Positions 1 through 8,770 of a stretch of DNA of 64,000 nt are shown here, in pieces. Numbering within the stretch: position 1 is the first letter of the stretch; the number at the start of each line of letters is the position of its first letter. The stretch is from Minisyncoccota bacterium (GTDB lineage Bacteria; Patescibacteriota; Minisyncoccia; JAHIHE01; JAGLIN01). The stretch is from NCBI GenBank assembly GCA_041661265.1, contig JBAZUT010000002.1:76316-140315 (forward strand), in the 5' to 3' direction. The notes beneath the pieces were generated by a model, which saw nothing but the letters and a program-made list of their open reading frames with translations, searched no databases and was not told the origin of the DNA. Both the position numbers and the translations under genes were made by a program.

Positions 1-181
1 ATCTTTTCCTTTTCACCAAGCTTCGCCTTATCGGAATCCATATTAATATAATAAGAATAAAAGTTTCCCTCCGAACCGGTCTATGTCCCTATTTTAACAA
101 ATTATATGTATTTTGTCATACCAATCGGACTATCGCGGCAACACAATAAAAAGAATGCGGACGTTTCCGCATTTTAATAAT

Positions 182-640
182 TTAATCCGCCTTGATTGCA
201 TTCGGCAGGCTTTCTATTGACTTTTTCGCGACCGACAACAATACCGTGAACACGACAACGATCGCTCCCGTAAGGTTCATGAACATAAATGCCAGATCGG
301 GCGTTGCCGAGAATGGCACTCCAGCCTCGGCATATGTCCACGGCCTTATATACGTTACCAATACAAGCATGTATGCAACGATACTGGGAAGTATCACGGC
401 GCAAAGAGCCATTGATCTCACGAAAGTGCTGTGCGGTATCAGTCTGAATATTAATCTTGCAAATAATGTGCACTCAGCGGCTATCACAAACAAAACCGCC
501 AGATACATCGCAAATGCTTTGATGGCAATGATAATCCCGAATTCCGCAATTGCGATTATCATGCCGACAAGCAATAAACCCGCCAGAACCGAGACTATCA
601 GAATGAATGCCGCCCTCTCTTCAGAATATTCTTTTTCCAT
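182..640 (-). CDS. hypothetical small membrane protein (152 aa, about 4 TM helices)
   Basis: ORF with hydrophobic helices; weak purine-rich site upstream. Confidence 0.4.
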   Translation of the reverse strand: MEKEYSEERAAFILIVSVLAGLLLVGMIIAIAEFGIIIAIKAFAMYLAVLFVIAAECTLFARLIFRLIPHSTFVRSMALCAVILPSIVAYMLVLVTYIRPWTYAEAGVPFSATPDLAFMFMNLTGAIVVVFTVLLSVAKKSIESLPNAIKAD

Positions 641-903
641 TTCTTATCACCCTTTGTATGTTTTCAATGAATTTTAACTTTATATTTCCAGGCTGAATAT
701 GTTTCACCCGGACTTGCTATTTTACCACAAGATCCGGTTTTGTCAATCATCGCGCCAATATTCCATAAACTGGAATATTATCAATGGACACGGTCAGGAC
801 CGAAGCTGAAAAGATTATTCAGACCCTTGACGCGACCACGAACACATGCTAATGTCTTTATTCACGCTCAAACAAGGTGTGAAACGAAACAAAGAGGTAT
901 AAT

Positions 904-1080
904 ATGCTATCCGGACAACACGACGCGTTTATCGCTCTCGTTGGAACCCTGACGACAGTCGACCAGGTTGTAAGTGCAATGAATTTTGCCAGAATGGTAG
1001 ATGAAGACTCCCAGAATGGCATTTGGGAAGCCTGCCAGCAAGCTATGGCAAGAGTGCAAGTCAAACCGCCGGCTAAATAA
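904..1080 (+). CDS. small hypothetical protein (58 aa); not in the ORF track because it is under 60 aa
   Basis: ATG preceded by AAAGAGGT about 8 nt upstream; GC-richer than its surroundings; ends exactly where repeat R begins. Confidence 0.35.
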   Translation: MLSGQHDAFIALVGTLTTVDQVVSAMNFARMVDEDSQNGIWEACQQAMARVQVKPPAK

Positions 1081-1240
1081 AAGATGGATCAAATTCCATC
1101 TCATTTTTTTATTCAGCGTATGCCTATTCGCCTATTCGCGCGAATTAGAGATATTAAAAGATCCACGTAAAAGATATAAAGAAATAAAAAAATAATAGTT
1201 ACTTTTGGTAACTATTGCTTTCGGTTAAAACCGACATTCC
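1081..1240. repeat. intergenic repeat R copy 1 (second copy at 3105..3290); contains two hairpins
   Basis: About 85-90% identity by eye to 3105-3290; AATAGTTAC-TTTTG-GTAACTATT and CGGTT-AAAA-CCG hairpins. Confidence 0.6.
1194..1216. terminator. bidirectional hairpin between convergent genes
   Basis: Perfect 9-bp stem AATAGTTAC/GTAACTATT with 5-nt loop, A/T-rich flanks. Confidence 0.45.
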
Positions 1241-1243
1241 GCT

Positions 1244-1621
1244 TTATTTAGGAAGCAGCGTTTCCAATTTTTCTGATATTCTCATGCTTCCCTGAATGGA
1301 GGTTCCTCCCGGCGCTGAGCACGGAGACGGGCTTCCGGTCAGCGTTATCAAAACGCCTCCGTCTGAACTGCCCGCGAAAGATACGCACGATCTGTCACTT
1401 ACGCTTTTCAGCGATCCGCTCTCCCCTTTTTGCAGATCCTTTATCATGTCCAGATATTCAGCCCAATTTAATTTTGCGCTATAGTCGTATCTTCTGACAT
1501 CTTCCCTGTCGAAATCCTCGACTTCGAGAAAGACGAAATTTCCGTCACGGTACATTCTTGAATTGCTTGCATTATTTTCTTTTTCGCCGGTATTCCAAAA
1601 CACTTGCTTTTCGTCGCTCAT
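1244..1621 (-). CDS. hypothetical protein, paralog family A (125 aa)
   Basis: RBS AAAGAGG before ATG; paralogous to 3267..3578 (shared YDY, EY.DMIK and GSPSP motifs). Confidence 0.55.
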   Translation of the reverse strand: MSDEKQVFWNTGEKENNASNSRMYRDGNFVFLEVEDFDREDVRRYDYSAKLNWAEYLDMIKDLQKGESGSLKSVSDRSCVSFAGSSDGGVLITLTGSPSPCSAPGGTSIQGSMRISEKLETLLPK

Positions 1622-1723
1622 TATATCGCCTCTTTTGTCTGGCTTTGGCCATACTTCTTTTACTTCATACTATAATGTAATATTCCATATGTCAAAATCA
1701 GATCCCCCCTCCGAGGCAAGTTG

Positions 1724-1737
1724 TTGACATATGTCAA
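1724..1737. promoter_or_regulatory. 14-bp perfect palindrome TTGACATATGTCAA overlapping a -35-like hexamer upstream of 1788 CDS
   Basis: Palindrome seen directly; TTGACA-17 nt-TAAGAT arrangement. Confidence 0.3.
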
Positions 1738-1787
1738 TATTCATATTAAGATACGGTGTTTCACATAAAATAAATGGAGGTGAGATA

Positions 1788-2132
1788 ATGTGGACGGTAA
1801 AAGGAATCAATGGAAAAGTTTTTTTTATCAAAGGAGGATCGTCTGAAGCCGACGAACAAAAAGATGCCATTAGAGCGATATTACGGGCCTATCTGGATAC
1901 GGAAATAACTCTGGAAGATCCCGAGCCGGGATTATATGAATTAATCGTAATAAATTCATATTCTCATGGCGGACGGAAAGGCTGCATATATTTGAAATCA
2001 GAAGGTATTATATTTGTAGGGAATTATATACCTTCAAAAGACGAGTCAATAGAAGATGGCATTCATTTTGAAGAATTCAATTCAGGACAATCGGAGAAAC
2101 TCAGAGAGTTCCTTCGCCTTAAGCAGGTCTAA
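1788..2132 (+). CDS. hypothetical protein (about 115 aa)
   Basis: GGAGGTGA RBS 5 nt before ATG at 1788; ORF track ORF 1731..2132 probably starts too early. Confidence 0.5.
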   Translation: MWTVKGINGKVFFIKGGSSEADEQKDAIRAILRAYLDTEITLEDPEPGLYELIVINSYSHGGRKGCIYLKSEGIIFVGNYIPSKDESIEDGIHFEEFNSGQSEKLREFLRLKQV

Positions 2133-2265
2133 CCTGCTTTTATTTTATCCGTACTGCCGTTTTGGCATATTTACGGCTTGACATTTGGAGTGTTATTGCT
2201 ATAATACACCGTTCGAATCAGGCGCGCAAAACGTGCCACACCTGATCTCGACGGAGGTTTCAATA

Positions 2266-3075
2266 ATGGAAAACACAAAAGCCAAAACGGATATCAAGAT
2301 CAAGATCGAAAGTCTGAAAGAGAGGGATGACTTCGTTGAAACAATATCCATTTTAATGACAGAGAACCTGGAACGATACCTGGCAATGAAACGCAGAATA
2401 TGCCTTTTGGCCGGCTATGCAGAAATTACAGCCGAAGAGGAAAAGGGTGAAAAACAATACATCGCCCGGACAATTGAAAGCATAGCTTCGTTCTATCTCG
2501 ATGAGATCGACGAAGATGCACTGGCCAAAATACTTGCGGATCTCCTGCATGAAGAAGTTCCGAAATCCACCGCCACTGTCCGCGAGAACATGTGCGGATC
2601 GGTTTTGATCTGCAGCAGAAAAGAGCTGCCGGTGATAAAATGGCAGGTATTCCCCGCAGACACATCACAGCTGTTCGATCCCGCAAATGAGCTTTCAAAA
2701 GAGAAAGGGATCTCGCTCAGGGACTTTTTCAGATCCAAGGATCACTACAGGGAAATGATGGTTTCCCTATACGACAATCCGAATAGTTTCGCCCTGGATA
2801 TCACCATGCAAATAAAAGAATTCTTTGAACTGAGGCTCTCTGAATGTATTTTCATGGACCTGCTGGTCGACTCACAAGATCTGAGCAAAGTGCAAAGTTT
2901 TGTAAAAGCGAACAGGATCAATCGCCCGGAGGGAAAGAGGATCGCAACGGCAGGAGCCATAGTCGCCCTTGAATCCACGAAAGAGATTTTCGGAAATAAC
3001 GAATTGCAGGAGAAAAAACTGGCCATACTGAAAGAAGAACTCGAAGAGCTAAAAAAAACAGTAGTTCCAACCTAG
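2266..3075 (+). CDS. hypothetical protein (about 269 aa)
   Basis: ACGGAGGT RBS then ATG MENTKAK; ORF-track start at 2185 is likely upstream of the true start. Confidence 0.55.
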   Translation: MENTKAKTDIKIKIESLKERDDFVETISILMTENLERYLAMKRRICLLAGYAEITAEEEKGEKQYIARTIESIASFYLDEIDEDALAKILADLLHEEVPKSTATVRENMCGSVLICSRKELPVIKWQVFPADTSQLFDPANELSKEKGISLRDFFRSKDHYREMMVSLYDNPNSFALDITMQIKEFFELRLSECIFMDLLVDSQDLSKVQSFVKANRINRPEGKRIATAGAIVALESTKEIFGNNELQEKKLAILKEELEELKKTVVPT

Positions 3076-3104
3076 GACTACTTTTTTCTTATATTATATA
3101 AACA

Positions 3105-3290
3105 AAATGGATTAAATTCCATCTCATTTTTTTTCCAGCGTATGCCTATTCGCCTATTCGCGCGAATTAGAGATATTAAAAGATCCACGGAATAGATATA
3201 AAGAAATAAAAAATAATAGTTACTTTTGAGTAACTATCTGCTGCGGTTTAAAACCGATATTTTGTCTTATTTGGGAAGAAGCATCTTGAA
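3105..3290. repeat. intergenic repeat R copy 2
   Basis: Matches 1081-1240 including both hairpins. Confidence 0.6.
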
Positions 3291-3634
3291 TTCCAGCGGT
3301 ATTATCACAGTTCCTTTGATCTGCCTCCCTCCCGGAGAAACAGATGGCGAAGGAATGCCATATAACGTGAGCTCAGCGCGTCCGTTCCCTTTGTCCATGA
3401 AATAGACCGACGATCCGCCGTCTGCACCCTTGATAAGTCCACCCTCTCCATTCTGCATTTTTTTGATCATATCGACATATTCTGTCCAAGCCAGAACAGC
3501 GCGATAGTCATATCTTCTTTGATCTTCGCTATCATAACGTTCCACCTCCAAATATACAGAATCTCCATTCCTGTACATTCTTGAACTGTGAGCACAGGAC
3601 TGCGGTTCGCCTGTATTCCAAAATTCCTGTTCAT
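3267..3634 (-). pseudogene. frameshifted or truncated paralog of 1244..1621
   Basis: Upstream ATG at 3634 with GGAGGCG RBS is homologous to the copy-1 start but a 10-nt indel puts it out of frame; in-frame ORF only from internal Met (3578, 103 aa, no RBS). Confidence 0.4.
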
Positions 3635-3731
3635 TGTCGTTAATTATATCGCCTCCTTTGTCTGGCTTTTGCCAAACATCTTTTCCTCATACTATAATGT
3701 AATTTTCCATATGTCAAAATATCAAAGGGGT

Positions 3732-3890
3732 ATGTCGTTCCGAACTTGCTTGCCTCACCGTAGCTTTCGCGAAGGACAGGCCTGCCCCTGCCTCACGGCA
3801 GGCAGGGGCCTCCGGAGGAAGCTGGAATCCACATTTGTTTCGCAAATAATATTTATACGCACAATACGGAAGATGCTGAAACGAGTTCAG
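3732..3890. repeat. GC-rich element H copy 1 (candidate structured RNA or MITE-like repeat)
   Basis: About 80% identical to 4085-4250; internal hairpin GCCCCTGCC...GGCAGGGGC. Confidence 0.5.
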
Positions 3891-3938
3891 CATGACAATT
3901 CAGAAACCTGAATCAACCAAGGAAAGTGTTTTATACAA

Positions 3939-3966
3939 CACTATGATAATTCATATTATCATAGTG
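3939..3966. promoter_or_regulatory. perfect 12-bp inverted repeat CACTATGATAAT-TCAT-ATTATCATAGTG
   Basis: Seen directly; possible operator or hairpin. Confidence 0.3.
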
Positions 3967-4084
3967 CGGGAAAGAGTGAACAAACGCTATCTTAAAATTC
4001 TAGCCATAGCAATAAAATTAAGATAGTGGCATTTGAGAATAAAATAATAGATGGATCGAACTCCATCTCTTTTTTTAAAATAAT

Positions 4085-4250
4085 ATGTCATTCCAAACTT
4101 GCTTGCCTCGCCGTATCCGCCAGACGGCGGAGACAGACGGGCCTGCCCCTGCCTACCGGCAGGCAGGCGCCTATGGAGGAATCCGGAATCCACATTTCTT
4201 TCGAAATAATATTAATATGCATAATACGGTAGATGTTCAAATAATTATTT
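4085..4250. repeat. GC-rich element H copy 2
   Basis: Homologous to 3732-3890; preceded by a fragment of repeat R (AGATGGATCGAACTCCATCTC). Confidence 0.5.
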
Positions 4251-4254
4251 GCAA

Positions 4255-4338
4255 GTTCAAATCTCCGCATTTGAACCAAATATTTCTATACTAATAAATT
4301 AGAAACGTATGGTTCAGGTACGGAGACCTGAACCAACC
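4255..4338. repeat. attC-like imperfect-inverted-repeat element, copy 1
   Basis: ATCTCCGCATTTGAACC ... GGTTCAGGTACGGAGAC CTGAACCAACC; lies immediately 3' of the minus-strand cassette gene. Confidence 0.55.
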
Positions 4339-4343
4339 AAAAT

Positions 4344-4874
4344 CTAATTAATATTAGAACCTTGTGAAAGCTTAGAAACCTTCTGCAAAAATAGCGAACG
4401 ATTATTAGGATCAAGATCTTTTGTAAGAAAATCATAGGCCATTTTTTGTTCAGGATTCAAAATAACAAACTCGGGATTTTTAGCGTACATCCACAAAAGA
4501 AATGCCACAAATAATGGCTCTTTTTGTTTTGTTAAAAGATAATATAACTGCACAGCATCCCAAAGTACGAACTCATTAGTATCTGGATTAAATTTAATGT
4601 CCGCTTCTGAATCTCTATTTGCATGCTTAAAAAAATTCTTCGCTTCATTAAGTTTTTTTCCAAATTCATTTTGGCGTTCTTCGCGAACCGTTTCTAATAT
4701 TTGTGATTTTAAACTTTTTATTTTGCGCGCCCTACAAAGCGATTCGAACATTTCTTGAGCAGCAGAGCCTAGCGTATGAATTGAAACTGGATCATTTTTG
4801 TTTAAAAACATTTGTACAGCTTTATGCAATTGTCTTGATGCAGCATCAAGTTTTGAGATATGCATGAAAGTCAT
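4344..4874 (-). CDS. hypothetical protein (176 aa), cassette-like gene
   Basis: Clean ORF bounded by repeat elements; no recognisable family. Confidence 0.55.
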   Translation of the reverse strand: MTFMHISKLDAASRQLHKAVQMFLNKNDPVSIHTLGSAAQEMFESLCRARKIKSLKSQILETVREERQNEFGKKLNEAKNFFKHANRDSEADIKFNPDTNEFVLWDAVQLYYLLTKQKEPLFVAFLLWMYAKNPEFVILNPEQKMAYDFLTKDLDPNNRSLFLQKVSKLSQGSNIN

Positions 4875-4920
4875 TTATTTATCATTTACAATATAAAAAG
4901 ATAGATAATTACCCTCCGTT

Positions 4921-5005
4921 GGTTTAAATCTCCGCATTTGAACCAAATATTCCTATATTAATAAACTAGAAACGCATGGTTCAGGTGCGGAGACCTGAAC
5001 CAACC
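4921..5005. repeat. attC-like imperfect-inverted-repeat element, copy 2
   Basis: Near-identical to copy 1. Confidence 0.55.
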
Positions 5006-5016
5006 GAAAACATTAT

Positions 5017-5202
5017 TTATTCTGCCTTAATGCATACTCCGGTAAATTTATCACATTTCATAATTGTTTTAATTGTCGTTCCTTTTAAATCACCGAATCT
5101 TCGAGTTGATTCTGACGCTATAAAATAGTATCTATTGCTAAGCAGATATGCAATTGCAAATAATATAATCATAATAATTGCGATTGTAAATTTTTTGTCC
5201 AT
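5017..5202 (-). CDS. small membrane protein (61 aa), cassette-like gene
   Basis: ORF with N-terminal TM helix between two repeat copies. Confidence 0.35.
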   Translation of the reverse strand: MDKKFTIAIIMIILFAIAYLLSNRYYFIASESTRRFGDLKGTTIKTIMKCDKFTGVCIKAE

Positions 5203-5322
5203 AGGTTTTTGTATTCGTTTTTTAAATATTTTTAACTATAAAACATCCAACTCCTCCTATTAATTCTTTACTATACAACACTTACTGTCTATGTCGATAT
5301 CAACAACATTATATCCTTTAGT

Positions 5323-5402
5323 TGGTTCAAATCTCCGCATTTGAACCAAATATTTCTATTTTTTCAGAAACGGTTGATTCAGATGCGAATACCTAAACCA
5401 AT
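5323..5402. repeat. attC-like element copy 3 (right arm degenerate)
   Basis: Left arm TGGTTCAAATCTCCGCATTTGAACC conserved; right arm diverged. Confidence 0.45.
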
Positions 5403-5428
5403 TAATAATTCATATTGTTCATATACAT

Positions 5429-6079
5429 TTAATATTTCTTTGGAAAATACTTTTTCCCCACTTGCCACAAATATTTATCAACCTGTTTTAAAGTAAATTC
5501 ATTCAAGCCATAATATTTCCTAAAGTCTATAAGAATATCTTTATATTCTGGATATGATTTTAAATCTTGTCTTGAAAAATTACAGAATTTATCTTTCTTT
5601 TTGCAATATAACAGCATTTTTTCAACATACGAGTCATATATTGGATAAACTGTCGGTTTATGATGGCTGCAGTATTTTGTCGCAAATGAATAGAAATTAA
5701 TCATTCTTCCTCCTTTCATCCTGACATTTGCGATTTTATTTACTATTGTCAGATTATTTTTCAAAAGGCAATCGTCAATTTTTAACGCCACAATATGTTT
5801 TGCAATGGTAAATGGCGAATAAATATTTGTACTGTAGAAATCGTTTAATGAACATACTTTTATTAAAACATCATCAAGATTCTTATTCAATGGATAAGTT
5901 TTTGAAAACAATTTTCTCAAGCTGCTTTCCTGCATCATGTAATTTTCAAGAGAATTCCATCTTTTAAGATATTTTTTGATTTCTTTTTGCGACGGTTTGG
6001 GTATAACTTTACTTTTTAACATATGATTTTTGCTTCGCACTTTTGTTAAAACAACTTCATTTGAAAAAAATCCTGCCAT
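5429..6079 (-). CDS. hypothetical protein (216 aa), cassette-like gene
   Basis: Clean ORF; Lys/Tyr-rich; no family recognised. Confidence 0.55.
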   Translation of the reverse strand: MAGFFSNEVVLTKVRSKNHMLKSKVIPKPSQKEIKKYLKRWNSLENYMMQESSLRKLFSKTYPLNKNLDDVLIKVCSLNDFYSTNIYSPFTIAKHIVALKIDDCLLKNNLTIVNKIANVRMKGGRMINFYSFATKYCSHHKPTVYPIYDSYVEKMLLYCKKKDKFCNFSRQDLKSYPEYKDILIDFRKYYGLNEFTLKQVDKYLWQVGKKYFPKKY

Positions 6080-6167
6080 AAACTTGTTTCGGGAAATGTT
6101 GAGGTGGATTTATTCTACATGAAGATTATCAGATTGCCACGGCGCTTTTGTGCCTCACAATGAGTCA

Positions 6168-6215
6168 AATCCCCCTAAATCCCCCTTTTTCAAAGGGGGA
6201 AAAATAACCCGAATC
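6168..6215. repeat. C-run hairpin repeat AAATCCCCCTAAATCCCCCC-TTTTTCAAAGGGGGAAAA (copy 1)
   Basis: Second copy at 14891-14930; CCCCCTTT..AAAGGGGG hairpin. Confidence 0.5.
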
Positions 6216-6261
6216 TTAAATTTGTGACTTTACGGACATTCAGACTTTATAGACTTTCGAC

Positions 6262-7893
6262 TCATTTCCCCATCGACGCCTTAATGAATTCCACAAACAG
6301 CGGATGCGGTTTCAGGGGTCGAGATTTAAATTCAGGATGGAATTGGGTTCCGACAAAGAACGGATGCTCTTTTTTCGGAAGTTCCACGATCTCCATCAGC
6401 CTTTCGTCGGGAGAAGTTCCTGAGAAAACCATTCCCTTTGCTTCCAGCGTCCCGACATAATCGGGATTCACTTCCCACCTATGCCTGTGCCGTTCGGAAA
6501 TCTCAGAACTTTTATATGCTTTTCTTGCGATCGAGCCGTCTTTCAGTTTAGCCGGATATGCTCCCAGCCTCATCGTCGCGCCGAAGTTGCTGTCCTTCAG
6601 ATTCTTCTTCTGTTCCGGCATGATGTCGATCACGGGGTGCGGGGTCATCTCATCGATCTCCGTCGTATTGGCTCCTTCAAAACCGCAAACGTGGCGCGCA
6701 AACTCAATGCAGGCGATCTGCATTCCATAGCAAAGCCCGAGGAACGGGATCTTGTTCTTCCTGAGATATTCGATCGCCCTGATCTTTCCCTCGATCCCCC
6801 TGGCTCCGAATCCTCCCGGAACGATCACTCCGTCCATTGTTTTCAGCTCTTTCAGCTTTGCGGAATTCTTCTCATATTCTTCCGAATTTATCCATTCGAT
6901 GACCGGCTTTCTTCCCATAGCCCAGGCCGCATGCTTCACCGCCTCGATGACCGAGATATATGAATCCGACAAGACAAAATTTCCTGTGCTGAAATATTTT
7001 CCAACGATCCCGATCTTCACTGTTTTTGTGAGAGCGCGCCTCTTCTTCACCATTGCTCTCCATTCCTTGAGGTCCTTCTGCCTGATCCTCATGCCGAACT
7101 TGGAAAGTATTTTTTGCGCCAGGTCTTCATTGTCGAAATTGACCGGAACGTCATAGATCGATTCGACATCCGGAGCTGAAATGACAAAATCTTTCTCAAC
7201 ATTGCAGAACATCGATATTTTTCCCCTTCTGATCTCATCAATTGGAACTTCGCTCCTGCACATGATGAAATCAGGCTGGATCCCGACGGAGTTGAGCGAC
7301 CGCGTCGCATATTGCGTCGGCTTGGTCTTCATCTCTCCCACCTTATTCGGGATCGGCAGATAGCTCACCAGAAAGAAAAGCACATCTTTCGGATATTGCA
7401 GCTTGAGCATGCGGGCCGCCTCCAAAAAAAGAACGTTCTGATATTCCCCAACTGTTCCTCCGATCTCGACCATGACAAAATCCGCCTTCGTGTTCTTGGC
7501 CACTTTTTTTATCCTGCCAATGACCTCGAGCGGTATGTGCGGAACCACCTCGACGCACTTTCCTCCATATTCCAGATTTCTTTCGCGATGAATGACCGAC
7601 TCATAGACCCTGCCGGTCGTCATATAGTTATCCGAAAGTATATCCACATCCATGAATCTTTCATAATTCCCGATGTCCTGATCCGTTTCGATCCCGTCAT
7701 CGGTCACAAAGACCTCTCCATGCTCTATCGGATTCATCGTTCCCGCATCCACGTTTATATACGGATCTATCTTGATTGCCGTGACTGAGAAACCTTTGCT
7801 CTGAAGAACCTTGCCGATAGAAGCTGTCGCAATGCCTTTTCCCACGCCCGACATCACTCCGCCCGCAACAAATATATACTTTGTCCTTGGCAT
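6262..7893 (-). CDS. pyrG: CTP synthase
   Basis: N-terminal synthetase P-loop GGVMSGVGKG and glutamine amidotransferase GLCYGMQ motif; 543 aa. Confidence 0.97.
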   Translation of the reverse strand: MPRTKYIFVAGGVMSGVGKGIATASIGKVLQSKGFSVTAIKIDPYINVDAGTMNPIEHGEVFVTDDGIETDQDIGNYERFMDVDILSDNYMTTGRVYESVIHRERNLEYGGKCVEVVPHIPLEVIGRIKKVAKNTKADFVMVEIGGTVGEYQNVLFLEAARMLKLQYPKDVLFFLVSYLPIPNKVGEMKTKPTQYATRSLNSVGIQPDFIMCRSEVPIDEIRRGKISMFCNVEKDFVISAPDVESIYDVPVNFDNEDLAQKILSKFGMRIRQKDLKEWRAMVKKRRALTKTVKIGIVGKYFSTGNFVLSDSYISVIEAVKHAAWAMGRKPVIEWINSEEYEKNSAKLKELKTMDGVIVPGGFGARGIEGKIRAIEYLRKNKIPFLGLCYGMQIACIEFARHVCGFEGANTTEIDEMTPHPVIDIMPEQKKNLKDSNFGATMRLGAYPAKLKDGSIARKAYKSSEISERHRHRWEVNPDYVGTLEAKGMVFSGTSPDERLMEIVELPKKEHPFFVGTQFHPEFKSRPLKPHPLFVEFIKASMGK

Positions 7894-7974
7894 ATTTTTG
7901 TAAGTTTATGAAAGATATTAATTTATCCGACTTAGGCCCAAACATATGAAAAAGAGGCTAAAAAGCCCCGTTTT

Positions 7975-8421
7975 CTATTCTTGCGCTTCGACTATGACCA
8001 CCGCCCTGACCTCAAGGCCGTGATCCAGATCTATCACAAATTCTTTTTCTCCGGCTTCCTTGATGGGTTCTGCAATGACTATTTTCGAACTGTCGATCTC
8101 AAAACCTTTTTCCTTCAATGCCTTGGATATTTCATCCGCCTTCACTGCGGCATAAAGTTTTCCCGCTTTGTCCGCTTTTGCACTGACAGAGATCGAAACT
8201 CCCTCGAGTTTGGCCGCAAGCTCCTGCGCCTTCTTGAAATCCTCTTCCGAACGCAATTCTTTCTCTTTCTTGATCTCTTCCGCTCTTTTTATGGTCGCCT
8301 TCGTTGCGGCTTGGGCATACCCTCCGGGAATCAGAAAATTCCTGGCATATCCGTCTGCCACATCCTTGATATCACCAGCGCTTCCGAGATTCTGTACATC
8401 TTTTGTGAGTATTACTTTCAT
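7975..8421 (-). CDS. rplI: 50S ribosomal protein L9
   Basis: MKVILTKDVQNLG...GYARNFLIP signature. Confidence 0.9.
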   Translation of the reverse strand: MKVILTKDVQNLGSAGDIKDVADGYARNFLIPGGYAQAATKATIKRAEEIKKEKELRSEEDFKKAQELAAKLEGVSISVSAKADKAGKLYAAVKADEISKALKEKGFEIDSSKIVIAEPIKEAGEKEFVIDLDHGLEVRAVVIVEAQE

Positions 8422-8495
8422 AACTTTCGTCCTTTAATGCTTAAAAATTAAATTACTTCTTAAAAGAAGCTATAATGCTTCTAGAAACCATTGTA

Positions 8496-8765
8496 CTACA
8501 TTATTTCAAAATTATCAAATGTTTTTCCTTTTTTGAGCCATTCATATTCCACTCTCTCCACATTCGCGCCCGTCGGACCATTATAGCACCATTCCAGCAA
8601 TTCTTTCAAGTTTTTCTCCTCTCCCGAAGCCATGATCTCCACGGTGCCATCGGGCATGTTCCTCGCAGATCCCGAAACGCCGCATTCCAGCGCTTTTCTT
8701 CTCGCTTCAACCCTGAAGAAAACCCCCTGAACTCTGCCGGATATCTTTATGTAGATCGTCTTCAT
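8496..8765 (-). CDS. acyP: acylphosphatase
   Basis: ISGRVQGVFFR motif, 89 aa. Confidence 0.85.
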   Translation of the reverse strand: MKTIYIKISGRVQGVFFRVEARRKALECGVSGSARNMPDGTVEIMASGEEKNLKELLEWCYNGPTGANVERVEYEWLKKGKTFDNFEIM

Positions 8766-8770
8766 AGGTG

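Noticed and set aside
5320-5345. GGTTCAAATCTCC sequence in the cassette repeats resembling a tRNA T-loop/T-arm (possible tRNA fragment or att site derived from a tRNA 3' end)
   Set aside because: No matching 5-bp T-stem partner, no acceptor stem or anticodon arm can be drawn. The similarity is limited to the GGTTCAAATC heptamer-like string, which is part of the element's inverted repeat.
3580-6100. CRISPR array
   Set aside because: Repeats are about 85 bp, imperfect, internally palindromic and separated by 0.2-0.7 kb ORF-containing spacers of unequal length. There is no short regular repeat-spacer periodicity and no cas genes.
6080-6262. Integron integrase or attI upstream of the cassette array
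   Set aside because: The 180-bp gap contains only the C-run hairpin repeat and is followed directly by pyrG. No tyrosine-recombinase ORF exists on either strand here.
6481-7788. Plus-strand ORFs of 134-160 aa (6481..6963, 6752..7156, 7312..7788) and other antisense ORFs inside pyrG
   Set aside because: They lie fully within the high-confidence pyrG CDS on the opposite strand. They have no RBS and look like shadow ORFs by composition.
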